From assembly GCA_963718875.1 (NCBI GenBank), contig OY970378.1, positions 947,691 to 1,011,690 of the forward strand: 64,000 bases of DNA. The letters are read 5' to 3'. Below, piece after piece: positions 55,272-64,000 of the stretch. The notes below the pieces were generated by a model that saw nothing but the letters and a program-made list of their open reading frames with translations, searched no databases and was not told where the DNA came from. Made by a program: the position numbers and the translations under genes. The stretch comes from Candidatus Parcubacteria bacterium (GTDB lineage Bacteria; Patescibacteriota; Saccharimonadia; UBA4664; JBIOIQ01). Every line of letters begins with the position of its first letter. The stretch's first letter is position 1.

Positions 55272-55571
55272 GATTGCTCTTTAAGAAATGCTTATGGCTA
55301 TTGTAACACAGGCCTTTTTTTATTTCTAAACCGTCGGCTGTCAGTCAAAATCTCTTGACCATGGTTGGTGGCTAATTTGCAAAAACTTCTTTTAATTATA
55401 TTGTCAGTGACAACTTTTTTATATCTGTATCCAACCCCTCCCGGGACTTAACTCTTTAGCCATATTACCTCTTCAAAAGTACTAATATATTAGTACTTTT
55501 GGTGATATAAAACGGCTAGAAGATATGCGGTGCTCTGCTTTCCAGCAAACGAGTTCAGGACGACAGCGGGA

Positions 55572-56729
55572 TTAAGCTTGCAGCGCTTCCAGGCCCGGCA
55601 TCGGTTTCCCGGCCATTAATTCAAGACTGGCTCCTCCACCAGTAGAAACAAAGCTAAACTTATCGTGCCAGCCCATGCCGTCAACATAATCGGCAGTGTC
55701 TCCACCCCCAATAATACTAAAGGCTCCTGATGCAAATATTCCTTCGGCCAAGCGTTTGGAGCCCATGCTGAATTGCTCCACTTCGGTAATCCCAAGCGGT
55801 CCGTTCCAAATTACTGTTCCTCCATCAATGGTAGCGAGGGCTGTGTCAATTGTTTCCGGGCCAAGGTCCACAATGTAATCATCCTTTGTCACGGCCGTAA
55901 CTGCCACCATCTTAGCCTCACCGGTTTCGTCGATGGTTTTAGACACAACAACATCCGTAGGTAAAATTATATTCATACCATGGCTGTCGGCCGTATCAAG
56001 CACATTTTGCGCCACCTGCTTTTCTGCTGGCTCATACAAACTTTTACCTATGGGGGTTCCTAGACTGGCCAGAAATGTGTTGGCCATTTCGCCGCCTATG
56101 AGCAGGTGATCAACTTTGGCAAGCAGGTTGTGGATAACGTCAATCTTGGTGGCAATTTTGGCTCCCCCTATGACTGCCAGTACCGGCCGCTTAGGATTTT
56201 CCATGGCCTTAGTGATGGTTTCGACTTCTAGTAGCACTTGGAGTCCGGCAGCGCTGGGTAGTATTTTGGGAATTCCCACCATTGATGCGTGAGCTCGGTG
56301 CATGGTAGTAAAGTCGTCGTCTACATAGACGTCTCCAAGGCTAGCCAGCAAATGGGCAAAACCTTCATCGTTAGCTTCTTCCTCGGGGTGAAAGCGGAGG
56401 TTTTCTAGCATAACCACCGACCCATTGGGGGCAGACTGAATAGTTTCGATGACGGTTGGCCCCACACAGTCGGGCACAAACGTGACTGGCTGGTTGAGCA
56501 GGGCGGCCAGAGCTTGAGCTACTGGGGCAAGACTTTGCCCCTCGTGACTGTGATGGCTCATTAGTACAACTTTGGCGTCATGCTCTAAGAGGTACTTAAT
56601 AGTCGGAACAGCCGCCTTAAGCCGCAAATCATCATCAACTTTTCCGTCTTCGATAGGGACATTGAGCGAGGCCCGGAGAAGAACAGTTTTATGTTTTACA
56701 TGGAGATCTTGGAGGGTTTTGAGTTTCAT
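55572..56729 (-). CDS. pgk: Phosphoglycerate kinase
   Basis: 385 aa; N- and C-terminal PGK domains (VIGGAKIATKIDVI..., GGGDTA). Confidence 0.9.
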   Translation of the reverse strand: MKLKTLQDLHVKHKTVLLRASLNVPIEDGKVDDDLRLKAAVPTIKYLLEHDAKVVLMSHHSHEGQSLAPVAQALAALLNQPVTFVPDCVGPTVIETIQSAPNGSVVMLENLRFHPEEEANDEGFAHLLASLGDVYVDDDFTTMHRAHASMVGIPKILPSAAGLQVLLEVETITKAMENPKRPVLAVIGGAKIATKIDVIHNLLAKVDHLLIGGEMANTFLASLGTPIGKSLYEPAEKQVAQNVLDTADSHGMNIILPTDVVVSKTIDETGEAKMVAVTAVTKDDYIVDLGPETIDTALATIDGGTVIWNGPLGITEVEQFSMGSKRLAEGIFASGAFSIIGGGDTADYVDGMGWHDKFSFVSTGGGASLELMAGKPMPGLEALQA

Positions 56730-56767
56730 ATTAACTACAGTGTAACGGAAAACGATGGCGATTAAAA

Positions 56768-56810
56768 ACGAAGAACCCCCGGTGACGCCTAAGCGTCGGG
56801 CCGGGGGTTT
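56768..56810 (-). terminator. GC-rich hairpin plus T-run on the minus strand, downstream of the high-GC membrane ORF
   Basis: Minus-strand reading: cccccggcccgacgc-ttag-gcgtcaccggggg followed by ttcttcgttttt. Confidence 0.45.
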
Positions 56811-56828
56811 TCGTGTTCGATCGATGGA

Positions 56829-57251
56829 TCAGCTGAAGATGAGGGGCGAGATGGCCCAGAAGAAGGTGATGGTGCCGAGCATGGTGAAGATGATGACACC
56901 CCAGATGGTCCTCCAGCTGTCGTCCTTGGTGAAGAGGCGTGCGTGGAGGTAGACGCCCATGGTCGCGAACGCGACCAGGGCCTGAACCGCGTCGTAGGGG
57001 TGGGACGATCCGAGCTGGTCGCTCATGATCCGCGATGCGATCAGGATCGCGTTGACCGCGATCAGCGTGGCACGAACCGACCTTGATGCACGAATGTCCT
57101 GGTCGGCTTCTTGAGTGGGCGAAAGCATCATGACGCATCCTCCTTGGGGAGCGTAGAGTTTGATCAGGTTTTCGATGAACACGAACGACAACAGGCTGTT
57201 TTCCTCCATTCCGTTTTGAATCAGGACAGTCAACCCGTAGAGTGTCATCAT
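56829..57251 (-). CDS. Hypothetical small membrane protein in a roughly 65% GC islet (probable true start at the internal Met near 57135)
   Basis: Three hydrophobic helices; GC drops sharply upstream of about 57135; divergent from and abutting the IS30 transposase start. Confidence 0.35.
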   Translation of the reverse strand: MMTLYGLTVLIQNGMEENSLLSFVFIENLIKLYAPQGGCVMMLSPTQEADQDIRASRSVRATLIAVNAILIASRIMSDQLGSSHPYDAVQALVAFATMGVYLHARLFTKDDSWRTIWGVIIFTMLGTITFFWAISPLIFS

Positions 57252-58229
57252 GGTAAAAGCTACTAAACTAACATCGGCAGAGCGTTCGGAAATAGAAATT
57301 CTTTTAAATAAAGGTCACACTCTTAGGGCCATTGGTCGGGCTTTGGGCCGGAGCCCCAATACCATCAGTGATGAGGTGAAGCGTAATAAGACCCCGGAAG
57401 GCTACAATGCCCGCATCGCCAAACAAAAAGCCTACGTCAAACGCAAGTATGCCAAGTACCAGGGCAAGAAGATCCAGGAGAATGATGATTTGCGCTGGTA
57501 CATCATTGTGCGCCTCATGGATGGCTGGAATCCCGATGAGATAGCGGGACGACTAAAAAAAGATCAGCACGGTTACTATGCCTCTAAGACAGCCATCTAC
57601 GAATGGCTCGACAGCGCCAGAGGGCAGAAGTACTGTGACTACCTGCCCTCCCGTAGGTACAGACCAAAGAAGCGCAAACCAAAGACCGATCGGGTGATGA
57701 TTCCAGATCGGGTGAGTATTACAGAGCGCCCCCATGAAGCTACCGTCCGGAGCGAAGTGGGCCACTATGAGGGGGATACCATCGTTAGCGGCAAGCGGAC
57801 TGGATCAAAAGCAGCAATCGTAGTGATTCAGGAACGAGTCACCAGACTGATTGCTGCTAGACCCATCCCAGACTTGTGTCCGGTGAGCTTTAATGGAGCC
57901 ATCAGCTCTTCCAAACTGGTCTTGCTCTCATCAGCAGTCTGACTCTCGACAACGGTATCGAGAACCGTTGGCACAGATTGCTCGATATGCTCGTTTTTTT
58001 CTGTGACCCCTATTCTAGCTGGCAAAAAGGAGGGGTGGAAAACGCCAACCGAATGATTCGGCACTACTTGCCCAAAGGCATGGATCTAGCCACCGTGACG
58101 AACAAAGAATTGCAGCGTATCATTACGATCATAAACAACAAACCCAGGAAGATCCTGGGATATATGTCCGCTATTGAAATGGCTAAAGAGAAAGGAGTTT
58201 TACGAGAGACTGTCCTGATTGAGGGGTGA
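57250..58229 (+). mobile_element. Degenerate IS30-family transposase gene, internally deleted and split into two ORFs (57250..57942 and 57978..58229)
   Basis: N-terminal HTH (LLNKGHTLRAIGRALGRSPNTISDEV), first DDE aspartate region HYEGDTIV, then a C-terminal FFCDPYSSWQKGGVENANRMIRHYLPKG; the central roughly 100 aa carrying the second Asp are missing. Confidence 0.7.
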
Positions 58230-58344
58230 ATTCAGGACTGTTTATCGTGTATTATACTAGCATAAGTAGTTTAAAATGTCAATAGTTTATCAAGGTATCT
58301 ACTCACACCCCTTCTAACAAATCCGCTCACTCACGATTTGCATT

Positions 58345-58372
58345 CTGGCCTTCCTCTTCAGGATGACAATCG
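58345..58372. repeat. Family-D element (ctggccttcctcttcaggatgacaatcg)
   Basis: Near-identical to 48993-49019. Confidence 0.7.
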
Positions 58373-58451
58373 TGGGTGGGTGGTTTGACTGAAATTTGGT
58401 GCTTGGAATTTATTTGTAACTTGACCCTTGTATCTTGTTGCTTGCGTAAGC

Positions 58452-59855
58452 CTATTTAACCACTTCCACGCGCACCGTGTCGGTCTCACCACTTACCCCG
58501 GGCCGCTGGCCGGAAGCAATAACGACTGCCTCTCCCCTCTTAATATTGCCGGCCTTTTTGAGTTGGGCAATCACCTTGGCAGCGGCTTCCTTGGGCGAGT
58601 CGGCATAAAAAGACTTACATCCCCACAATAATGCCATCTGCTGATAAGTTGCTTGGTTATGAGTGATGGCAATTATTGGAACGGGTGGACGAAAACTGGC
58701 TAAGCTTCGGGCCGTTTGACCAGATGAGGTTTCGGCAATTATAGCTTTGGCGCCCGTAATTTGAGCCAAAGTTATGGCAGCCTGAGAAATATCGCCCGGT
58801 CTAGATTCGCGGGAAGGAATAATATTTGACGCTCTAGTAACCGCCTGGGTCGCTACAATAATCCGCTTCATTGTAGCAACAGTGGCAATGGGATAGTCGC
58901 CAATAGTGGTTTCATCAGACAACATCACTGCGTCGGCTTTTTGCATAACAGCCGTGGCTACATCTGATACTTCGGCGCAAGTGGGTTGGGGCGCGTGCAT
59001 CATTGATAAAAGCATTTGAGTGGCGATAATTACCGGTTTTTGGTAGATTTGCCCATACTCCACCATTCGTTGTTGAATAGCAGGCACTTGCTCGGATGCA
59101 ATTTCTTGGCTTAAATCGCCTCGAGCTACCATAACGGCATCACTAACTTTAACAATCTCCTCCAGGTGCTCAACAGCCAACTTGGTTTCGACTTTGGTAA
59201 TAACCGCTGCGGCAGAGCCAGCTTTGTACAGGCGCCTCTTGAGGTTGGTGACATCGCCTGGACGCTGAACAAAAGATAAACCAATGTAGTCAGCCTGCTG
59301 ATCAATGCCAAAGGCCAGGTCGGCAGAATCTTTTACAGTAAAGGTGTCTTCGCCAAAGTCTGTATCAGGAAGGTTAATGCCCTTGCGGCTAGTAAGTATG
59401 CCTCCAGTTACAACGGTAGCGGTTATGACTCGTCCACGAACGCTTTTTACCTGCAAGCGAAATCTTCCGTCGGCTAAGGCAATGGCTTCGCCGTGCTTAA
59501 CCTTGCCCGCAATGTCATACTGGACCGGTAAAATGCCCGTGGTGCCATAGTTAGCCCCCAGAGCAAGTTGAATAGTTTTGCCCGGTGTTAAAATAACTCC
59601 TTCGGCCGGTAAATCGCCCATGCGGATTTTGGGGCCTTGCAGATCTACCAGGATAGATACCGGCTTTTTAAGCTCGGTTTGAACTTTTCGGCCCCACGCT
59701 ATGCGCCGGGAATGTTCAGTATGGTCACCGTGCGACATATTGAGGCGCAAACAATTGGCGCCAGCGGCTACAAGCTCTTTTATTGACTGATAACTGTCGG
59801 TAGCAGGTCCGAGAGTAACAACTAACTTGGTGCGTTTAAAATCAGTTGCTAGCAT
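58452..59855 (-). CDS. pyk: Pyruvate kinase
   Basis: 467 aa; TKLVVTLGPA N-terminus and PK barrel motifs (NMSHGDH, MVARGDLS). Confidence 0.9.
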   Translation of the reverse strand: MLATDFKRTKLVVTLGPATDSYQSIKELVAAGANCLRLNMSHGDHTEHSRRIAWGRKVQTELKKPVSILVDLQGPKIRMGDLPAEGVILTPGKTIQLALGANYGTTGILPVQYDIAGKVKHGEAIALADGRFRLQVKSVRGRVITATVVTGGILTSRKGINLPDTDFGEDTFTVKDSADLAFGIDQQADYIGLSFVQRPGDVTNLKRRLYKAGSAAAVITKVETKLAVEHLEEIVKVSDAVMVARGDLSQEIASEQVPAIQQRMVEYGQIYQKPVIIATQMLLSMMHAPQPTCAEVSDVATAVMQKADAVMLSDETTIGDYPIATVATMKRIIVATQAVTRASNIIPSRESRPGDISQAAITLAQITGAKAIIAETSSGQTARSLASFRPPVPIIAITHNQATYQQMALLWGCKSFYADSPKEAAAKVIAQLKKAGNIKRGEAVVIASGQRPGVSGETDTVRVEVVK

Positions 59856-59980
59856 AACTCAATTTTCATTTTTACAAGTTTCATTTTTTTAGTCCCGATT
59901 GTTTACTGTTTAATTCCGATCTGCTATGAGCTAATTATAAGCATAAGCGGCGCTAAGTCATACGGTATAATGCCGTTATT

Positions 59981-60721
59981 ATGGAAGTCTCGGTTTTGCA
60001 ATGGAATATTTGGGAGCAGGAGCCGATTCATAATGTGGTGGCTTTTTTGAAGTCGCACATGGCCGATATCATTTGTTTACAAGAGTTGACTATCGGAGCG
60101 GCAAACCAGTCAATCAAGCATGGGCCTAATTATATTGCGAAAGAGTTAGGTTATAATTATTACTTCAAAGAGTGTCCGGTTGAGACGGTTAGTGGCGTAA
60201 CAGAGTTGTTTGCCAATGGCATTTTTAGTCGTTTTCCAATTGTTAAATCTAGTTGGTCGCGGATAAATGAGCCGTCTGGAACCGGCGGCTATGACGATGA
60301 AAACCGAGTATATGCTGAAGTTACGCTTAAGATAGACGGCCATAACTTTAGCGTAGGGACTACGCATATGTCTTATACCCATATGTTTGAGGGTACTGAG
60401 CGCAAGCGAACAGAGACCGATAAGATACTTGCCCAGATAGGCCAGCACGAGCAGCAGTTTATTTTCACGGGCGACCTCAATGCCTTGCCCGGGTCATATA
60501 CTGTGGAGGGTATTGGCAAGAAGCTGGTGAATGCCGGACCAGGCTTTGATCAAAAAACTTGGACAACCAAGCCCTTCTCTTACCAAGGGTTTGAAGCTAA
60601 TGAGCTTAGCTGGAGATTGGACTATATTTTTGCCACGCCCGACATTAAAGTTATTTCTTCGGAAATCGTTGCCACTGAGTATTCAGATCACTTGCCTATG
60701 CTAGTTAAATTTAAGCTCTAG
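59981..60721 (+). CDS. Endonuclease/exonuclease/phosphatase (EEP) family protein
   Basis: LQWNIW N-terminus ... SDHLPMLVKF C-terminus. Confidence 0.7.
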   Translation: MEVSVLQWNIWEQEPIHNVVAFLKSHMADIICLQELTIGAANQSIKHGPNYIAKELGYNYYFKECPVETVSGVTELFANGIFSRFPIVKSSWSRINEPSGTGGYDDENRVYAEVTLKIDGHNFSVGTTHMSYTHMFEGTERKRTETDKILAQIGQHEQQFIFTGDLNALPGSYTVEGIGKKLVNAGPGFDQKTWTTKPFSYQGFEANELSWRLDYIFATPDIKVISSEIVATEYSDHLPMLVKFKL

Positions 60722-60800
60722 CCTACTAAAATACGACGACCCAGCAAATGCGCTGGATCGTCGCATCTGCTGGGTCATTAATTTTTGAGCTTACAGCCGG

Positions 60801-61829
60801 TTATACTCCGGCTGGCTCCATGTCTCGGCTGTAGCTGCCGGTGGCGGCGGCTGCGGCGCAGGCTGCGCGGTGGGAGGCCACCTTCTGGGCCTCGGCGACG
60901 TTCTCGCTCGAGCCCTTCCAGGCCTTCAGCGCCCCGTCCTGCAGCGCCCGGCCATATGAGAAGGTCAGCACCCAGGGGTGGGGGCCCGCCTTGTTCATGA
61001 GGTCGAGGTGCTCGGTGGCCACTGCGGCTGACTGCCCGCCGGACAGGAAGGCGATGCCGGGTACCGCGGCGGGCACGGTGCGGTAGAGGAGATCGAGGGT
61101 GCGGTTGGCCACCTCCTGTGCGCTGGCCTGCACGTCGCACTCCTTGCCCGAGATGACCATGTTGGGCTTGAGAACCATGCACCGCAGATCCACCTGCTGC
61201 CGGTGCAGCTCCTGGAAAACCCTGCGATGGGCGCGCAGAGTGGCTTGGTAACAGGCGTCGATGTTGTGCTCGCCGTCCATCACCACCTCGGGCTCGATGA
61301 CCGGCACCAAGCCACCCTCCTGGCAGAGGGCGCCGTAGCGGGCCAGGGCGTGGGCGTTGCAATGGAGGGCGTAGTCGGACGGGTACCCCAGGAGTTCGTC
61401 GATGATGAACACGGCCCGCCACTTGGCGAACTTGGCGCCCAGGCTGACGAACTCCTCGATGCGCTCGCGGAGTCCGTCGAGGCCCTCGGTGACCTGCTCG
61501 TCGTTGTCGAGCGCAAGCGGCTTGGAGCCCGTGTCGACCTTGATCCCCGGCAGGATGTGCTTGGCCTCCAGCAGCTTCGGGAAGGGGGTGCCGTCAGCGG
61601 AGCTCTGCCGGATAGTCTCTTCGTAGAGGATGACGCCACTGATATACTCCTCGAGGCCCGGAATGCTCAGTAGGGTGTCGCGGTAGGCGCGGCGGTTTTC
61701 CTCAGTGGAATCGATGTCGAGCGCCCCGAAGCGCTTGGTGATGGTGGCGTTGCTCTCGTCGGCCGCTAGAACTCCTCGGCCGTGGGCGACCATGGCTTGG
61801 GCCACTGCAGCCAAATCGGTTACAGACAT
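60801..61829 (-). CDS. fba: Fructose-bisphosphate aldolase, class I, in a roughly 65% GC segment
   Basis: GVLAADESNATITKRF...EENRRAYRDTLL...ISGVILYEETI are class-I FBA hallmarks; GC is far above the neighbouring pyk. Confidence 0.85.
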   Translation of the reverse strand: MSVTDLAAVAQAMVAHGRGVLAADESNATITKRFGALDIDSTEENRRAYRDTLLSIPGLEEYISGVILYEETIRQSSADGTPFPKLLEAKHILPGIKVDTGSKPLALDNDEQVTEGLDGLRERIEEFVSLGAKFAKWRAVFIIDELLGYPSDYALHCNAHALARYGALCQEGGLVPVIEPEVVMDGEHNIDACYQATLRAHRRVFQELHRQQVDLRCMVLKPNMVISGKECDVQASAQEVANRTLDLLYRTVPAAVPGIAFLSGGQSAAVATEHLDLMNKAGPHPWVLTFSYGRALQDGALKAWKGSSENVAEAQKVASHRAACAAAAATGSYSRDMEPAGV

Positions 61830-62006
61830 TCATACCGCCTTCTGTTCGTTGGAAGCCGATGATCTCGGCCGTTATATTATAGGCTTTAGGGCTTGTTTGA
61901 GGCAATCAAAAGCGTTTTGGCATTACCGTGGGAGCACTTGGTTTTATTGACTTAATAAAGCCTCTGATTTAGAGTTGGCCATACGTTGCATTCTACCGAG
62001 TGAGAG

Positions 62007-62888
62007 GTGGTTAAGATGGACAACGATACGCTTAGAGGCCTCATGCCTTACGGACCCCAATTTCTCCTGATCGACCAAGTGGTCAGCTGGCAACCCGGTG
62101 TTTCGGCTAGGGGTACTTACATGACCGACCCTGATCGGGAGCTAGCGGTAGCCGATCATTTCCCGGATGCGATCTATTGGCCAGGCGTATATAGCGTCGC
62201 CGGGTTGGCAGAGCTGGCCTGGAAGCTTGTCCAGCATCAAGCGCCCGGCATTTTTTGGCGACTAAGCCGACTAGTCGAGGCAAAGTTTTTGCGGCCTGGC
62301 CAGGTCGGCGACCTGCTCGCGATGGACTGTCAGATTGAACGACCCACTGAGCCTCAGCGTGATGGGGTTGTCCAGGTGCGCTGCACAAGCAAGCTTGGTG
62401 CGGGCAAGCGATGCTGCACTGCCATATTGCAGTTCGAGGCCTGTACAGAGGTTGACCCGCGCCGCTTGCGAGCGGCACCTGCTTCCGGTCGTACCGGCTA
62501 TGTCCTGCTTGATTCGCCGCCGATCGTGTCCAATGACGGACTAATCATGACTTCGCAATACCAGATCACCGGACAAGAAACGTTTAGCCTGGCATCGCTT
62601 TTTGGCCACCCCTTGTGGTGGCTGGTACTGGGCGTGGAAACTCCTGCCCAGGCTGGTGTTGTAGCCCTGCGCTCCGATCCGCGCTTTGCTAGTAAGCGGA
62701 TCTTGTTCAGGGGCATCGAAAACGCTGTCTTTCACGCCCTTCCTCTAATTGGACATATGGTGGAGGCGTTGGCCGAACTTGATGCAATGACGGCCGAGGC
62801 AACCCGAGGAGGCGGAAGAGCCACTATGCGGATAGGCGGGGAGCTTTTTGCTGAATCGAGGATCATGTTCAGCTTTATCCCCATGTAG
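62007..62888 (+). CDS. Hotdog-fold (FabZ/FabA-like dehydratase) protein, probably a double hotdog; high-GC
   Basis: MPYGPQFLLIDQVV...ADHFPDAIYWPGVYSVAGLAELA resembles the FabZ N-terminal motif. Confidence 0.4.
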   Translation: MVKMDNDTLRGLMPYGPQFLLIDQVVSWQPGVSARGTYMTDPDRELAVADHFPDAIYWPGVYSVAGLAELAWKLVQHQAPGIFWRLSRLVEAKFLRPGQVGDLLAMDCQIERPTEPQRDGVVQVRCTSKLGAGKRCCTAILQFEACTEVDPRRLRAAPASGRTGYVLLDSPPIVSNDGLIMTSQYQITGQETFSLASLFGHPLWWLVLGVETPAQAGVVALRSDPRFASKRILFRGIENAVFHALPLIGHMVEALAELDAMTAEATRGGGRATMRIGGELFAESRIMFSFIPM

Positions 62889-62963
62889 GCTTGTTACTTC
62901 GGAGGGCGGGGAAGTGTTCCCGCCCTCCGACTACTTTCAACCGTTATTATAAATTGATTAAAA

Positions 62964-63010
62964 CACGAAAGCCGCCCAGCAGGACGATTTTCGCGTCCTA
63001 CTGAACGGCC
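62964..63010 (-). repeat. 3'-flanking hairpin element (copy 1), located immediately after the WhiB-like stop codon
   Basis: cacgaaagccgcccagcaggacgattttcgcgtcctactgaacggccgc; a second copy at 63684-63730 carries compensatory stem changes (ggacg/cgtcc to ggaca/tgtcc). Confidence 0.6.
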
Positions 63011-63663
63011 GCTTCCTCCAGATCAGTCCTTAACTGCCTAGCCAACCGGTTTGCTCGAGCTATGGTTCCGAATGAGTCACGGTATTGTTCTGCAGACCTG
63101 CAAAAGCCCTGGGCGTGGAGGCTGTCTAGACCCGGCGAGCCCACCGAACCGCCCACATAATCCTGAAGCGTTACTAAGTCGGCTAACAGACCTCGCTGCT
63201 CATCAGATACAGGCTCTGGCGCTTGAACAGGAGGGGGAGTTGATACAAGCGGAGCATCAGTTGTTACAACCACAGCTGCAGCAGGTTCCTTTGCCTCGTT
63301 CTTTCGCGGCCGGCCGCGGGGACGCTTGGTGGCTTGGACTTTGCCCTTGTAGAAATACCGGCCACCCCATACACCAGCAGGTTCACGACGGGCCAGTGCA
63401 TCTGTAAAACATGCTTCCTTTACAGGGCATTCTCCGCAAAAAGCTTTGGCGCGGGCGATGTCGTCCAGTTGTTCGGAAAAAAACAGGGCGACGAGGTGTC
63501 CCGTGCCGTCATTGCATCTGGCGTAACTCCATAGGTCAAGCTCTAGTTCTGTACTGTCGATTGCTGACGTAACTGGAATCACCCCCTCTACGATCTCAAG
63601 GAAACTGCTGACGTTACCATTATTGACCCTTGGACTTATATCGTCAATTAATTGAAAGTCCAT
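62998..63663 (-). CDS. WhiB-like (Wbl) Fe-S transcription factor with an AT-hook and long terminal extensions
   Basis: Four-Cys pattern ARC...AFCGECPVKEAC plus GVWGG; AT-hook KRPRGRPRK directly after it. Confidence 0.7.
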   Translation of the reverse strand: MDFQLIDDISPRVNNGNVSSFLEIVEGVIPVTSAIDSTELELDLWSYARCNDGTGHLVALFFSEQLDDIARAKAFCGECPVKEACFTDALARREPAGVWGGRYFYKGKVQATKRPRGRPRKNEAKEPAAAVVVTTDAPLVSTPPPVQAPEPVSDEQRGLLADLVTLQDYVGGSVGSPGLDSLHAQGFCRSAEQYRDSFGTIARANRLARQLRTDLEEAAVQ

Positions 63664-63683
63664 ACTTAAATTTAGTTTTAAAG

Positions 63684-63730
63684 CACGAAAGCCGCCCAGA
63701 TGGACAACTTACGTGTCCGACTGAACGGCG
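63684..63730 (-). repeat. 3'-flanking hairpin element (copy 2), immediately after the stop of the 63749.. ORF
   Basis: cacgaaagccgcccagatggacaacttacgtgtccgactgaacggcggg. Confidence 0.6.
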
Positions 63731-63748
63731 GGATGAGTCGGGATGTTA

Positions 63749-63997
63749 TTAACCAGGGCCGTCGACTACCGTGGCCCTAAGCGCTACATCGACGGCCAGA
63801 TGAGGTGTGGTCTTCTTCCCAGTTGTGAGAATAATGATTCCCGTATCCGGATGAAATTCGCCCACTTGACGCCTTCCTGTACCTGGGTAATCAACCCAGG
63901 CGCCGGGCTTAAGTTTTCTTTTCCTAAGTATAGCCTGAAGTCCATCCTGGATTTTCCCCTCAATGTCCTCAGCTGTGTCAGAGTCCTTAATTTTCAC
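63749..63997 (-). CDS. Hypothetical protein (partial at the window edge)
   Basis: ORF only. Confidence 0.3.
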   Translation of the reverse strand: MKIKDSDTAEDIEGKIQDGLQAILRKRKLKPGAWVDYPGTGRRQVGEFHPDTGIIILTTGKKTTPHLAVDVALRATVVDGPG

Positions 63998-64000
63998 TCC

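Noticed and set aside
56755-56952. Plus-strand 65-aa ORF in the 65% GC islet
   Set aside because: It overlaps the better-supported minus-strand membrane ORF, which has a downstream minus-strand terminator. It is likely a GC artefact.
61203-61673. Antisense ORFs (156 aa and 119 aa) inside the class I aldolase gene
   Set aside because: The aldolase frame carries unmistakable class-I FBA motifs. The antisense frames are open only because of roughly 65% GC.

Overview
Most of the window is low-GC (about 43-48%) housekeeping DNA on the minus strand, with the reduced-genome look of a Candidate Phyla Radiation/Patescibacteria bacterium; a Saccharibacteria-type epibiont is plausible. The lineage assignment is inference. 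Identified genes include leuS, ddl, murF, obg, a LysM-CHAP hydrolase, mltG, ruvX, ftsA, guaA, a short alaS, mnmA, a cysteine desulfurase, tatD, a short metG, pyrC/pyrD, rsmA, an RpfB-like protein, uvrD/pcrA, tpiA, pgk, pyk and two tRNA-Ala genes. Three further layers sit on top of this backbone.

(1) Repeat families. At least five short palindromic MITE/REP-like families (called A-E here) litter the intergenic space. Copies of A, B and C are also inserted in-frame inside essential genes (obg three times, leuS, alaS, tatD), adding extra peptide loops. This is the same phenomenon as Rickettsia palindromic elements.

(2) High-GC islets. Roughly a dozen segments run at 55-68% GC. Most are on the plus strand and close with GC-rich hairpin terminators. 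They carry small hypothetical genes, an ECF sigma factor, a CDP-alcohol phosphatidyltransferase, a class I fructose-bisphosphate aldolase, a double-hotdog protein and a WhiB-like regulator with an AT-hook. These look horizontally acquired, possibly from a high-GC actinobacterial host or its phage.

(3) Protein-level oddities. A complete Nudix (MutT-like) domain is embedded inside LeuRS. leuS is split by a frameshift. A membrane-protein gene after ftsA is frameshifted at an A-run and is translationally coupled to an ABC/AAA_21-like ATPase. An RHH-Nudix fusion regulator sits behind an upstream direct-repeat operator. MurF has an N-terminal transmembrane extension. A degenerate IS30 transposase interrupts the tpi-pgk-pyk-fba glycolytic cluster.

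A small cassette of tRNA-Ala plus a GIY-YIG gene, flanked by tRNA fragments and palindromic direct repeats, and a 150-bp tandem repeat seeded by tRNA 3' ends mark a likely recombination hotspot. No CRISPR array, rRNA gene or prophage is visible.
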